A stretch of DNA of 64,000 nucleotides from Octopus sinensis. Lineage: Eukaryota. The translations under genes were made by a program, and so were the position numbers. The stretch is taken from assembly GCF_006345805.1 (NCBI RefSeq), contig NC_043017.1:4898001-4962000 (forward strand), written 5' to 3'. Below are positions 37,411-49,548 of this stretch, piece by piece. Under the pieces are notes generated by a model. The model was not told where the DNA came from. It did no database searches and worked only from the letters and a program-made list of their open reading frames with translations. Each line of letters begins with the position of its first letter. Position 1 is the stretch's first letter.

Positions 37411-38019
37411 TCTGTTTTTTGGCATTGAAATGATGAGCTTTGTGGAATTTCTGCCCACTTTTCATGCAACAATCAAAAGAATTCACCTTTAGCTTTAGGT
37501 TTCTGTCGAGTTTTTCATATAGCGCTATCTCATTTACTCCAAAGATTTTCAATTGGGTTCATGTCAAGAGATTGGCTGGGCCAAGTAAGCTTTCTCATCC
37601 CATTTTCAGTCAACCATTGTTGATTCCTTTTCGGTGTATGGCATGGAGCCCCCCATAAATAAAAACTCATTTTTCGTTATGTTATATCAGAATATATCAG
37701 AATATAAAAAAAAATTTTCTCATGGCTACGGCCCTCATTCTAGGAAAAACACTGTCAGCCTGAGAATATCTGAATCTTTTAAAATCTTTCAAAATTGCAA
37801 ATATTATGACAAATTCCAATAAAAGTTTGGTTTTTAGTGTTTGGTTTCCTTTTCCGGAAATATATTATTGTTTCTCATAAATAACGCCTGCAGTAACATA
37901 TTTAATTAGCTGTTGCTTGAGGTGTCAGTACCAAACTTGCAACAGCTTGTTTCAAATGAAAAAAACAGCAATAATTAATAGTAGTAATAATCATCATCAT
38001 CATCTTTTAGCGAATCCTT

Positions 38020-38227
38020 CTGTTAAAGGCACAGGGGCTAAAATTTGGGGGTGAGGGGGTAAGTTGATTACATCGACCTCAGTGTTCAACTGGTACTTAT
38101 TTCATTGACCCCAAAAGGACGAAAGGCAAAGTTGACCTCAGCAGAATTTGAACTCAGAACATAAAGGTAGATGAAACGTCACTAAGCATTTTGCTCAGCA
38201 TCTAAATGGTTCTGCCAGCTCATCGCC

Positions 38228-38262
<35 letters not shown>

Positions 38263-38435
38263 CCTTTCTACTTTAGGCACAAGGCCTGAAATTTGGGGGA
38301 GTGGGATAGTCAATTACATTGACCCCAGTACACAGCTGGTACTTAATGTATCAATCCTGGAAGGATGAAAGACAAAGTTGACTGAAAGGATGAAAGGCAA
38401 AGTCAACCTGGATAGAATTTGAACTCAGAACATAG
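38020..38435 (-). mobile_element. Two SINE family B copies
   Basis: Consensus motifs with (AAT)n spacer. Confidence 0.75.
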
Positions 38436-38449
38436 TGATAATACTAGTG

Positions 38450-38705
38450 GTTTTTTTATGCACCCTTTTCCAGCCTAGCCAGGCTCATGGGCCCGGTTTC
38501 CCAGTTTCTATGGTGCATGTGTTCCCCTCAGCTGGACAGGATGCCAGTCCATCGCAGTGTTATTCAAGAAACAGGAAGAAAGAGTGAGAGAAAGTTGGGG
38601 CAAAAGGATACAACAGGGTTCGCCACCACCCCCATTCTGGGAATCGAAACTGCGATCCTCCAACCGCGAGTCCACTGCCCTAACCACTGGGCCATTGCAC
38701 CTCCA
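38450..38705 (-). mobile_element. tRNA-headed SINE family F, full length
   Basis: Minus strand: A-box tggcccagtggttagg, B-box gtttcgattcc, body gcgatggactggcatcctgtccag (resembles a conserved central SINE domain), tail also seen at 56115-56205. Confidence 0.7.
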
Positions 38706-38859
38706 ATACTAGTAATAATAATTCCAAATTTTGGCACACAGCCAGCAATTTTAGGAGAGGGACTAAGTCAATTACATCAACCCCAGTATTCAACTGGTAC
38801 TTAGTTTATTGACCCCTGGAATGGTGAAAGGCAAAGACAGACACAAAGACATGCACCAC

Positions 38860-39200
38860 AGCTGTGACAGATACTGGTGTCATGCAGATGGCACCTGTGC
38901 CGGTGGCACGTAAAAGCACCCATTACACTCTCAGAGTGGTTAGTGTTAGGAAGGGCATCCAGCCATAGAAACCCATGCCAAATCAGACCGGAGTCTAGTG
39001 CAGCCTTCCTGTGTGCCAGCTCAGACAAACCGTCCAACCCATGCCAGCATGGACTTCAGACGTTAAATGATGATAATAATGAATGATACAATGGGCTTCT
39101 TTCAGTTTCTGCCTACCAAATCCACCCAAAAAGATTTGAAGTTACTTGCCCAAGGTTCCACGCAGTGGGCCTGAATGCAGAACCATGTGGTTGTCAAGCA
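38860..39200. mobile_element. RTE 3' end (+, 38860-39085) and SINE A head (-)
   Basis: Consensus motifs. Confidence 0.7.
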
Positions 39201-39792
39201 AATTCCTTATTGCAGAGTCACTCTTCTTTTTGATATTTGTTCAATAAAGCAGAATGTGAAAACCATTAAATTCACACATACCTACATGCATACAAATTTA
39301 TATATGTGTGAGTGCATATGTCTGTGTATATGTATGAGTGTATATATGTTTGTATGTGTGTGTGTGTGTGTGTGTGTGTTGGCTGACCAGCTCCTATCTA
39401 ACCGTCCAACCCATGCCAACATGGGAAAACGGATGTAGGTTTCATTTATGTATGTGTGCGGATTACTTTTCGTTTGTGCTAATCAGTTTTATCTTCTTTT
39501 TCACTTTTAATTCCCTAATAACACAAGAGAAAACACGAACACACACACACACAAAAAAAAAAATCAATTTGTGTTACAGAAAATAAAAGAGAAATAGATA
39601 AAGAAGATAATAACAATTTGTGAGTACCAGATGTTACTCCAGATGAGTAATTTTTGTGTGACAGATGTTGTTCCAGATGGTTCTTAACTTTTTATTATCA
39701 AATTTGAAAACCAGCCCCACCCCTTCAGTTGAAGTGTCAGAACTACTGCTGCTGCTGCTGTTGTTGTTAAGCAACAAGATGGGTAAGGGTGG

Positions 39793-39963
39793 TTAGGTGA
39801 TGGTCTGGGGCTTAGGGGCGGGAGACCCCAGACCTTGGAAAAAAAAAAAAACTTTGATCGTCTTGTTGTAGTCGAGGGCTCCTTGTTGACGCCCAACACC
39901 ACTGGGGAGGTGGCCCTTGAAGTCGCTGGAAATGGAGATCTCCAGGTCCAAATTCTTGAATGG
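39793..39963 (-). CDS. Candidate coding patch PFKNLDLEISISSDFKGHLPSGVGRQQGALDYNKTIKVFFFFQGLGSPAPKPQTIT*, unidentified
   Basis: About 22 of 30 core codons end in G/C in an AT-rich genome; no convincing acceptor; internal T13 run. Confidence 0.2.
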   Translation of the reverse strand, partial: PFKNLDLEISISSDFKGHLPSGVGRQQGALDYNKTIKVFFFFQGLGSPAPKPQTIT

Positions 39964-39989
39964 CTACTGCTACTGCTGCTACTACTACT

Positions 39990-40058
39990 ACTACTGTGAT
40001 GATGTGAGACTCTTGTTCGACTTGCTGGAAATAGCAGTCAAATTACCTCAAATTGCAG

Positions 40059-40100
<42 letters not shown>

Positions 40101-40284
40101 TTACTTTTATGACTGTATAAATGTTGTTAAGATCGGATTGTTCAATTTGCTGAAAATAGCAGTCAAATCTCTCAGAAATTGCTGCTGCTGCTTCTGCTAT
40201 TACTACTACTGCTGCTGCTGTTGTATAGATGTTTTAAGTCTATGGCTGTTCATCTTGCTGGAAATAGCAGCCAAATCTCTCTCA

Positions 40285-40320
<36 letters not shown>

Positions 40321-40385
40321 AGTATACATATTATGAGACTGTGGTTGTTTGACTCGTTGGAAATAGCAGCTGATTCTCCCTAAAG
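39990..40385. repeat. Four tandem ~110-130 bp units (tg.tggaaatagcag.caaat...) separated by (TAC)n
   Basis: Motif recurs at ~40020, 40145, 40255 and 40355; reversed relatives at ~10100, 10280 and 57520. Confidence 0.75.
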
Positions 40386-41199
40386 CCGCACCCGTGACTG
40401 CTTAAAGCAAGAGGAACAGATGAGATGTACAAGTGTAGTTGTAGAAACAGCGAATAAAAAAAATAAAAAAAAAACTTGGGATGGTCATAGCTGGAACGTC
40501 TTCTTCGACCATAGGCCTTGCTCTCAACCAATGTTGTGTCTTGGGCAGGCTATATACGACACCACCACCACCACCACCACCACCAACCACCGCCGTCACC
40601 GCCTAACAATTATAACAACAACAACAACAACAGCGACATCATCTGATCATCAGGGGTGGGGGTGGTGGGTTTTCATTTGCAGCTCCCGTCCCTCTTCGCC
40701 GCCACCTTCGGATCATTAATTTTTTCCTTCCCCCCTCCCCCCACCTTCCCTTGTTTCACTTTCTCTAACCACTCCCCCTCTACCATTCTTGGTATTGTCA
40801 TGCCAAAAGGTTAATCATTGAAATTTTAAATACCATTCAGTTTAGAGATAGAAAACGAGTGTTGTTTACAAAACTCCTAAGTGTTCACTTGACTTTTACG
40901 CAACAACCTTCCTTCCTCCCATCCTTCCTTCTTTCCTCCCCTCCCATCCTTCCTTCCTTCCTTCCTTTCTTTCTTCCTTCCTTCACTTTTTTCTTGGGTT
41001 ATTTTCTTTCTTGTCGTCTTTTCGTTATTGGTTTTTGTTATTTTTTATTTTTTTGTTTCTTCAAATGACTGGAATTAAACATTTTTTTTTTTGGTATTTT
41101 TGTTTTTATTTTTATCTATTTATTTTCTCATGTCTTCTTCTTCTTCTTCTTCTTCATTTCGATTTCATAATGCCACCGCAAACTCTGTTTTCACTCCAC

Positions 41200-41305
41200 T
41201 CTTAGCTAACTTCCATCTGCACTCCACTCGAGAATAACATCACTCAAACTCAAGCTGTCACTCACTCAATCAGTGAATGAAATATTTCTTCTTTACATTG
41301 ATCAA

Positions 41306-41342
<37 letters not shown>

Positions 41343-42600
41343 TGCATGCACGCACACACATACACACCCTCACACCCATCATAATACAATCAGATTCTAA
41401 ATATTTAGATATTCGCAGCATTTGTCGTAACGCGAGGCCCGACTCGTAAGTAGGTGTTGCAGTGACGATAGCGCTGTTTATATTATTGTCGACTGACCAC
41501 CTTGTTGCAGTTTATAGAACTGCAGAGTCCATAGAAAAGGTGTCTGAGTGATGTCTCTCTGTCTACGTCTGTGTGTGTCGGTGTCTGTTTGTGCAGGGTC
41601 AGATAAAGAAGAAGAAGAAGGAGAAGGAGAAGAAGAAGAAGAAGAATATCTCGTATGCTTGCAATCTTATCTTCGTTTTTCCTCGCTTTCGTTTCCACGT
41701 CGGTCTATATTACCATTATAAAACTTTTATCTCGGATCCGGCAAATTACAAAATTGGCATTGGTTTTTTTTTCGAAAAAGTTAACGAATGATTCTTTGTA
41801 TTTGGCTAAAAAGGAAGCAATTTACTTAAAGACAGGAGGAGGTGCAGGGACAAAGAACATCATTCCCTTTCGGCGTTACCATTGCGGAGCTTTCTGTAGA
41901 AATATGAGCCAAAAGGAAGAAACATATTTGTTGAAAAAGTTGACCAAACGCAAAATACCTCAGCATGTAATCCGTGTTACGTTCAGCCCACCCACATACA
42001 CACATCTATATACATACATATATACACACACACATATATATATAATTAAGTATAATATATATATATATTGACCATATACAGTATATCGATTTGACATTGA
42101 TTAAACTACGATTCTCTTGACATTTAGCTGTCTTATTATATTTATATATGTTTTTTTTTTTAATGATTTAAGAGTGGAAATATACCATTTTAAATGAAGA
42201 ATTAGCGTTGATAGCATACACCGCTCTTATACCAAATAACTATTTTTATTATTATTACCAATATTTTTATCATTATCATTGTTATTATTATTGTTATTGT
42301 TATTATTATTATTGTTATTATTATTATTATTATTATAATTAAAGTTGTATTACGTTTTGGAATTCCCGGTACAATTCTTAAGACTAAAACGTCTTTGAAT
42401 TTCTTCAAGTTAAGGTGCAGGAAAAAAGCGGTTTTTTTTTTCTCTCGTTTTGTTTTTCCGTCCCCTATTTCTTATATCCTTCCACAAGAATTATATAACG
42501 AGGCATAACAAGCTATATCGATCCTCTCAACTAATTAAAATAACTGAATTAAAATTTTAACTCCGTAAGCATTTTATTATTTGTTTATTTAAAACACAGA
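41200..42600. promoter_or_regulatory. CpG-rich, SINE-free region; candidate promoter or 5' gene region
   Basis: About 27 CpG in 41400-42000 by eye versus a handful per kb in other unique stretches; no SINE between ~39500 and 44030. Confidence 0.4.
41409..41445 (+). CDS. Candidate 37-nt exon (IFAAFVVTRGPT or DIRSICRNARPDS; may be UTR)
   Basis: Acceptor aatatttag|, perfect donor |gtaagt at 41446, CpG-dense. Confidence 0.3.
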
Positions 42601-44079
42601 CGAGGAGATTGTAATTAAAGATATTGTCTTTCCGATTATTTTTAATCTAATCAATCTAGAAGGTCGTTCTTGGATATAAATTTGAGAAAATTATTAATAT
42701 AGTTTGTCTACAACTGTTGCTGTTAATTTATATTTCATTCCATTTCAACATTTCTGTGAATGCCAGACAGAAATTGTGTGACTTATTTGTTGGATAATCA
42801 GTAAATGAAGGAATTTTATTAAAATACAATTAAAATAATAGAAAAAGGGCATGAAAGGGAATAAAAAAAAATCAACTATAAAACACTTTTACTATTAAAT
42901 ATTTGTTAAACATTAAATTTTTTCATTGTTATTAATATCTTATAAATTAATTTAATATATCTATTTACATATTTATTATAATTCTTTATTGATTTAAAAA
43001 AAGAATTGCAATTTCATTCCTCTATATCAGCAAAATTTAATTAACTTGGATAGCATCTTTATGATAAATCTTCTTAGTAATAGAACAACTTTATATAATA
43101 CCTACTTCATAATATTGCTGTTTCGTATTATAACTACTCTCCCTATATATATAGCTTTTATATAGTGCAACAACTATACAGTGTAGCTACTTTATAATAT
43201 TGCTACTGTACCATATAACTACCTTATAACACAGCTTCTCTGTAGAGCTTTTTCATAATATAACTTTATCATATAACTGGATTATTGTAGAACTTTGTAG
43301 TACAGCTTCTTTATAAATACTTACTTTTTAATATAGCTACTGTGTTGTCTAAACTACTTTATAGTACAGTTTTTCTATAGAATTTCTTTATAAAAAAAGG
43401 TTGGTTTCTAACATAGCTGCTTTATAATTGATTACAAGAAATGAATGAAATATTACACAAAAATATGCCGGAAAAATTGTCCCATTTTCACTCAGCCCTT
43501 TTGTGAGACATTGGTAGCTATTTGTAAAGACATTCCTGTTTGAAAAATCTGTGAAACAAAAACAAAACTGCATTGCATCATGGGAAATAACAAGCCTTTA
43601 TTGGATATATCTGTGGCAAATTGTTTTTTATGCTGTGGAGCGAGGAGTGGCAATTTATCTCCCCATAAGCATAAATTAAATACTTTACCATTTGGAATTA
43701 AGAAACTTATAAAAAGTAGACAACCAGGTGAGAATTTCTTTACAATTTCTTCTGTCAGTTTTTTTTTTTTTCCCCTAATTTAAAAAATGAATATTTAAAT
43801 ATTGTTTCCGATCCATCCATCGATCCATCCATCCATTTTCTCCGCCCACTATTTCTGGGATGGTTCCGGAGGTAGGTACATGAAGCACCTCCTCCATGGG
43901 GTCCATCACAGTTACATATAAGTTTCACATCTTGTATGGCAATTTTCTTGACCAATGTTATAAGTTCACATTTCACCTGAAAGATTATGTTGAGATGCTC
44001 GACAACTATAATCTAATTTATTTATTATAAATTTCAGGTGTTATACTTTATTACAGAATACTTTGACAATATTGTAGTT

Positions 44080-44322
44080 ACATGTGCTGGTGGCACGTAA
44101 AAAGCACCATCCGATCGTGGCCATTTGCCAGACTCGTCTGGCACCTGTGCCGGTGGCACGTAAAAAGCACCCACTACACTCACGGAGTGGTTGGCGTTAG
44201 GAAGGGCATCCAGCCGTAGAAACATTGCTAGATCAGACTTCTGGCTTCCCAGACCCCAGTTGAACCGTCCAACCCATGCTAGCATGGAAAGCGGACGCTA
44301 AACGATGATGATGATGATGATG
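44080..44322 (+). mobile_element. RTE 3' end (family C), young
   Basis: Near-consensus sequence with (GAT)n tail. Confidence 0.85.
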
Positions 44323-44414
44323 TGGAGAAACATATATTTTCATCCTACAAAATCACTGAAAAATATCATTCAGTAAGTGTACGACATTCGTTTTCTTTTC
44401 CACTGAAATCTCTC

Positions 44415-44600
44415 TCTATATATATATATAAAGCTGAAGTTGCCTGTGTATGGCAGGTTTGGTAGCCTTCAACTAACACTATCTCCTCCGAGACCCTGCA
44501 GTGCAAGTTGACCAAAACTGAGAGTATGATAGAAGGCTTGCTCTTCCGTCCGTAGAAGAAAAAATTAAAAAATCGGACCATGTTAACACCAAAAATTATT
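44415..44600 (+). mobile_element. Helitron-like non-autonomous element, 5' part (second copy 50043-50205)
   Basis: Both copies start TC-TATATATATAAA (typical Helitron 5' end) and share ~160 bp; no clear 3' hairpin-CTRR seen. Confidence 0.45.
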
Positions 44601-44794
44601 TACATCAAAACCTAGATAGTCTCCCTAATGTCCGAGTCGTGCACCCTGTCAAGTAACATTTGCTCCAGAGAACCTTCAGAAGAATTCCATAAAATAATAT
44701 ATAGATAAATATTTTTTTTAATGCTTAATTTATAATTTAATGCTTAAATAAAGTGAGGAGTTGGCAGAATCATTGCCATTGTGGAAAAAATGCT

Positions 44795-45205
44795 TACTCT
44801 TTTACTTGTTTCAGTCATTTGACTGTGACCATGCTGGAGCACCACCTTTAGTCGAGCAAATCGCCCCCAGGACTTATTCTTTGTAAGCCTAGTACTTATT
44901 CTGTTGGTCTTTTTTGCTGAACCGCTAAGTTACGGGAATGTAAACATACTAGCATCGGTTGTCATGCGATGTTGGGAGGACAAACACAGACACACAAACA
45001 TATACACACACATACATGCACATATACATATATATATACACATATACGATGGGCTTCTTTCAGTTTCCGTCTACCAAATCCACTCGCAAAGCTTTGGTCG
45101 CCCCGAGGCTATAGTAGAAGACATTTGTCCAAGGTGCCATGCAGTGGGACTGAACACAGAACCATGTGGTTCGTAAGCAAGCTACTTACCACACAGCCAC
45201 TCCTA
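44795..45205 (-). mobile_element. SINE family A, full length
   Basis: Family A consensus. Confidence 0.85.
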
Positions 45206-45600
45206 CGCCTATTAGCAACATTTTTTCCGACTTTACATTCTGAGTTCAAAAACCTATTTCTTTACTACCCACAAGGGGCTAAACACAGAGAGGACAAACA
45301 AGGATAGACAAACGGATTAAGTTGATTATATCGATTCCAGTGTGTACCTGGTACTTATTTAATCGACCCCGAAAGGATGAAAGGCAAAGTCGACCTCGGC
45401 GGAATTTGAACTCAGAACGTAATGGCAGACAAAATATGGCTATGCATTTTGCCTGGCGTGCTAATGTTTCTGAGTTCAAATACCACTGAGGTCAACTTAA
45501 CCTTTCCTCCTTTGGGGGGTTGATAAAATAAGTACTAATTGCGCTGTGGGATTGATGTCATCAATTTAGCCCTTCCTCTGAAATTGCTGTTCTTATGCCA
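45205..45600. mobile_element. SINE B (+) containing an antisense SINE B insertion (45251-45467) with a 13-bp TSD
   Basis: ttctgagttcaaa at 45238-45250 and 45468-45480. Confidence 0.8.
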
Positions 45601-45627
45601 GAATTTGAAGCCAATATTTAGATTTAA

Positions 45628-45920
45628 ATCATCATCATCATCATCATCATCGTTTAGCGTCCGTTTTCCATGCTAGCATGGGTTGGACGGTTCTACTGGT
45701 GTCTGTGAAGCCAGAAGGCTTCATCAGGCCCAGTCAAATCTGGCAGTGTTTCTACGGGTGGATGCCCTTCCTAACGCCAACCACTCCGAGAGTGTAGTGG
45801 GTGCTTTTTACGTGCCACCCGCACAGGTGCCAGACAGAGCTGGCAAACGGCCACGAACGGATGGTGCTTTTTATGTGCCACCGGCACGAGGGCTAGGCGA
45901 GGCTGGCAACGGACACGAAT
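45628..45920 (-). mobile_element. RTE 3' end (family C)
   Basis: Consensus sequence with (CAT)n. Confidence 0.85.
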
Positions 45921-46259
45921 CACGAAATATTTACCTTAAATAGCCATAATATTTCTGTTTATGTATATTTAAGCATAAGAAATCTGTGACGCTGTTGAGT
46001 AAAATTTGTAAAGTTTGATGCATCAGGTTGTGGTGGAACCTCGGGTAGGAGAATTCACATTAACACGCATTGGAAGAATGAAAGAGAAACTGGTGAAAGT
46101 TCTATAAAACGAGTTAGAATGAATTCCATTGAATTTATTTTATTCTTAGCTGCAGGCATGGCTGTGGTTAGGAAACTCACTTCCTAACCAGTTGTCAAAT
46201 GATGTGGAGGGATTGGGGAACAAGCACAGGCATGACATGAACACACGCACACAAGATGA

Positions 46260-46485
46260 GGTTTTTATTTCTTTATTGCCCACAAGGGGCTAAACAAGGA
46301 TAGACAAAGGGATTAAGTCAATTACATCGACCCCAGTACGTAACTGGTACTTATTTAATCGACCCCGAAAGGATGAAAGGCAAAGTCGACCTTGGCAGAA
46401 TTTGAACTCAGAAGGTAAAGACAGGTGAAATACCTCTAGGCATTTTGCCCTGCGTGCTACCGTTTCTGCCAACTTGCCTCATCAC
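46260..46485 (-). mobile_element. SINE family B
   Basis: Consensus sequence. Confidence 0.8.
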
Positions 46486-47677
46486 AAGATGAGGTTCTGG
46501 CTACTGAATCCATTCACAAAGCTTTGGATAGTCTGAGTGTATATTTACAATACTTATAATGTATATATTTACAATATTTACTGCATACTGTTTAATTAAA
46601 TAGATATTATAGTCAAATCAGCAGAGAACACTTATGTTATCTTCAGATAAGCTGATAAGCTACTACAGATATCTATACAAATTACTAACCCACTGGATAG
46701 CTAAAAAATGCATTTTTTTCTGAAAGGAAGACAATAATCTCTGAAACAGACTTATCAGAAAATTTCCAGTGAGTTATCTCTTTATTTAAGCGAGTATTAG
46801 GATGTTTACACATTGATTTAATTTCATAGCTAAAATGCTTCCAAATAAATAACTGTAGACAGTTTTATAGTGTGTGTGTGTGTGTGTGTGTGCAAATATA
46901 TAAACACACACACACACACACACACACACATGCACACACACATGTTTCTCTCTGTTTTTCTGTCTGTTACTTCCTTTTGAATTCCTTTGTTGCTTTGATG
47001 ACTGAGGGTTTAGCAAAACACAGAGAACTGACCATCGTCCTATGGCTGCTGTGTGTGGGTCCAAAGCTGAAGACTTCCAGTATAACTCTCTACATGTTCC
47101 TGTTACCCCTTTCCTTATCAGCACTGAACTTATGAAGAAAGTCTAATGGCATTGGTGCTGGTGACTTGATTAACTGAATAACCTGCATGATGACTATTAT
47201 CAGAGTATGCATGGTTTGTGCAGGGCTAGTCCCACTCTTTCATCCTTAAGACTTACATTTGTCTAATGTAACAAGTGCCATGAGACAATAGTTATCAGGA
47301 TGCAATGCAGGATTTGTATGGAGTTAGTCCCTTACATGAATAGCTAGAGAGCAGAAGGGCCTCGTCAGCTCTGGGTCTGTTGGGGGTGCCTGTGAGAGAC
47401 CTTCTTCCAGAGAAAATTCCATGTTAATTAACCCATACTGGGAACCCTCAAAGGAGTTACTACTCTAAGTCAGATTGGACCCAGGAACAGCAATGGTTAA
47501 GAAGTGGTTCCACACTCCTCAAGACACTGGCACACAGATGAACCAGAGCCCTGCTACAGGATGCAGTTTAAAGATGTGTACACACACACACACACAATAT
47601 TAGTGAAATTCAGTTCACACACTCTTACCACTGACCACTTCTACAACTGTCCATCACTCTGTCATTTATCCCTAATT

Positions 47678-47714
<37 letters not shown>

Positions 47715-48424
47715 GATCCTGCTTTTACTACTTCTCATTTGTAGCACTATCTCTATCAATTTTCTATCCTCTTCTTTGCCATCACTCCTGTCACTCTGTT
47801 CCCCCTTGCAACTGGAATGACATCCATCTGTAAAATAATACCACAATAATCTATTCATCTAGCACATTCCGGCATAGAAAACAGACATAAAACGAACGAA
47901 CAAACACATGCACCTATACACAAATATATATATATATATATATATGTATTATTATTATTATTATTATTAGCAACTGAAGCAGCTTTTATAATGATTGTTA
48001 ATTAGCGCACTCAACTTAATTTGGATGTTGTTTATAACACCTTAGACTGCTGTAAATGTTCTGAAAAATCATTTTGTGAATCAAATAATGCTAAAAAGCA
48101 TTTGAACTCTATTATCAGTTGATGAAATTCTGTCAGTGGTGGTTGACACTGCTGTATTGTATCACATGATTTCGACATATTGCAGATCATCAGTGGCAGC
48201 TAGCCAAGCTGAATGCAAGAGAGCATGATCTGCAATAGAGTGAAATTACATGACATGGTAGCGTCATCTGCTCGTGTACTGCTGGAATTTTGTCAACCGA
48301 TTATAGAATTTGAATGGTTTTTAGCATTTGCCATCTATGCAAAATTGCAAAATGATTTTCAGGACAATTACTACAGACAAAGCATTATAAAAAACACATC
48401 CAAGTTGGGCCAATGTGTTATTCA

Positions 48425-48462
<38 letters not shown>

Positions 48463-48464
48463 AT

Positions 48465-48860
48465 AGGCACAGGCGTGGCTGTGTGCTAAGAAGCTTGCTT
48501 CCCAGCTACATGGTTCTGTGTTCAGTCCCACTGTGTGGCACCTTTGGCAAGGGTGTTCTAATCTAGCCTCAGGCTCACCAAAGCCCAGTGAATGGATTTG
48601 ATACATAAAAACTGAAAAAAGCCCACCACACACACACACACATACATATACGTATATATATATATGTATTTATGTCTGTGTGTGTCTTTGTTCCGCACTA
48701 CTGCGTGACATCTTGTACTGATGTGTTTACATCCTGGTAACTTAGCACTTAGGAAAAAGAGACCAGTGGAATAAGTCCTGAGGTCACTTTATCTAACTAA
48801 AACAGTCTATAAAGTGGTGCCCCAGCATGGGCACAGTCTAATAAATGAAACAAGTAAAGG
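48465..48860 (+). mobile_element. SINE family A, full length
   Basis: Family A consensus. Confidence 0.8.
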
Positions 48861-48871
48861 ATATACAAGTA

Positions 48872-49545
48872 CAGGGTGCGATGGGTAAATTGTCGCCATT
48901 TTATTTTCTTAATTTTGCACATGAGCATTGCTTGTTTTTGATTCTGTTGACTACACAGTATAGTAGGGTCAGTTGAGTACTGTCTGTGAGAAAAACAGCA
49001 CCATGATGCAATTCACTCTACCAGAAATTTGGAAACAACAAGCTGCACTACTTGGCATTTGTGTTGGAAACTCCAATATGGACAGATGGTGACCACACAA
49101 AACAATCGTTGGCTTGCTGTGTCCCCCCAATGTGTGCCAAGAGTGATAAAAAGAAAACATCCAGTCAACATCATGGTGTTTGGAGTGATCACAAGTGATG
49201 GCAAAGTTATGCCTCCATTCAGGTTCCCACACGGCCTTAGACTCAACACGGATGCCTACATCATGTGACTGGCGAAGGTAGTGCTGGCCTGAAAAGGGTC
49301 AAGAGGGTGGCTGCTGGAAGACTCTATGTCTGGCAAACAGCACTCTGCACCATGCCACACAAACTGGAGAATCCAGCCATGGCCGTCAGACAACTTCTAC
49401 AACCACATCACTCCTAACATCTGGTCACCTAACTCCCCAGACTGCAACCCCCTTGATTATTATGAGTCAATTGCAGTTGAACAAAAGACCAACAAAACTC
49501 CTTGTAACACCAAAGACGAATTGAGGGCAAGGATTATGGCAGCAA
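48872..49545 (+). mobile_element. Tc1/mariner-superfamily (maT/DD37D-like) transposon remnant: left terminus plus degraded catalytic domain
   Basis: TA|CAGGGTG terminus at 48870-48878; KHPVNIMVFGVITSDGKVMPPFRFPHGLRLNTDAYI and SAPCHT...WSPNSPDCNPLDYY...TPCNTKDELRARI, with stops and frameshifts. Confidence 0.85.
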
Positions 49546-49548
49546 TAT

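Noticed and set aside
39915-39935. SSDFKG resembling the GAPDH C-terminal VSSDFxG
   Set aside because: Flanking residues do not align with GAPDH; a 6-aa match alone is not enough.
43800-43890. MDPMEE...GWMDRWMDR, superficially reflectin-like; also the Met-rich VMEGM repeats at 18040-18650
   Set aside because: MDRWMD comes from a (GGAT)n run. There is no reflectin Y/M/D motif spacing, and the frame ends quickly without a good donor.
48060-48400. Possible hAT transposase remnant (ILSVVVDTA...)
   Set aside because: Resemblance is too weak and spread across frames with stops; it would need a profile search.
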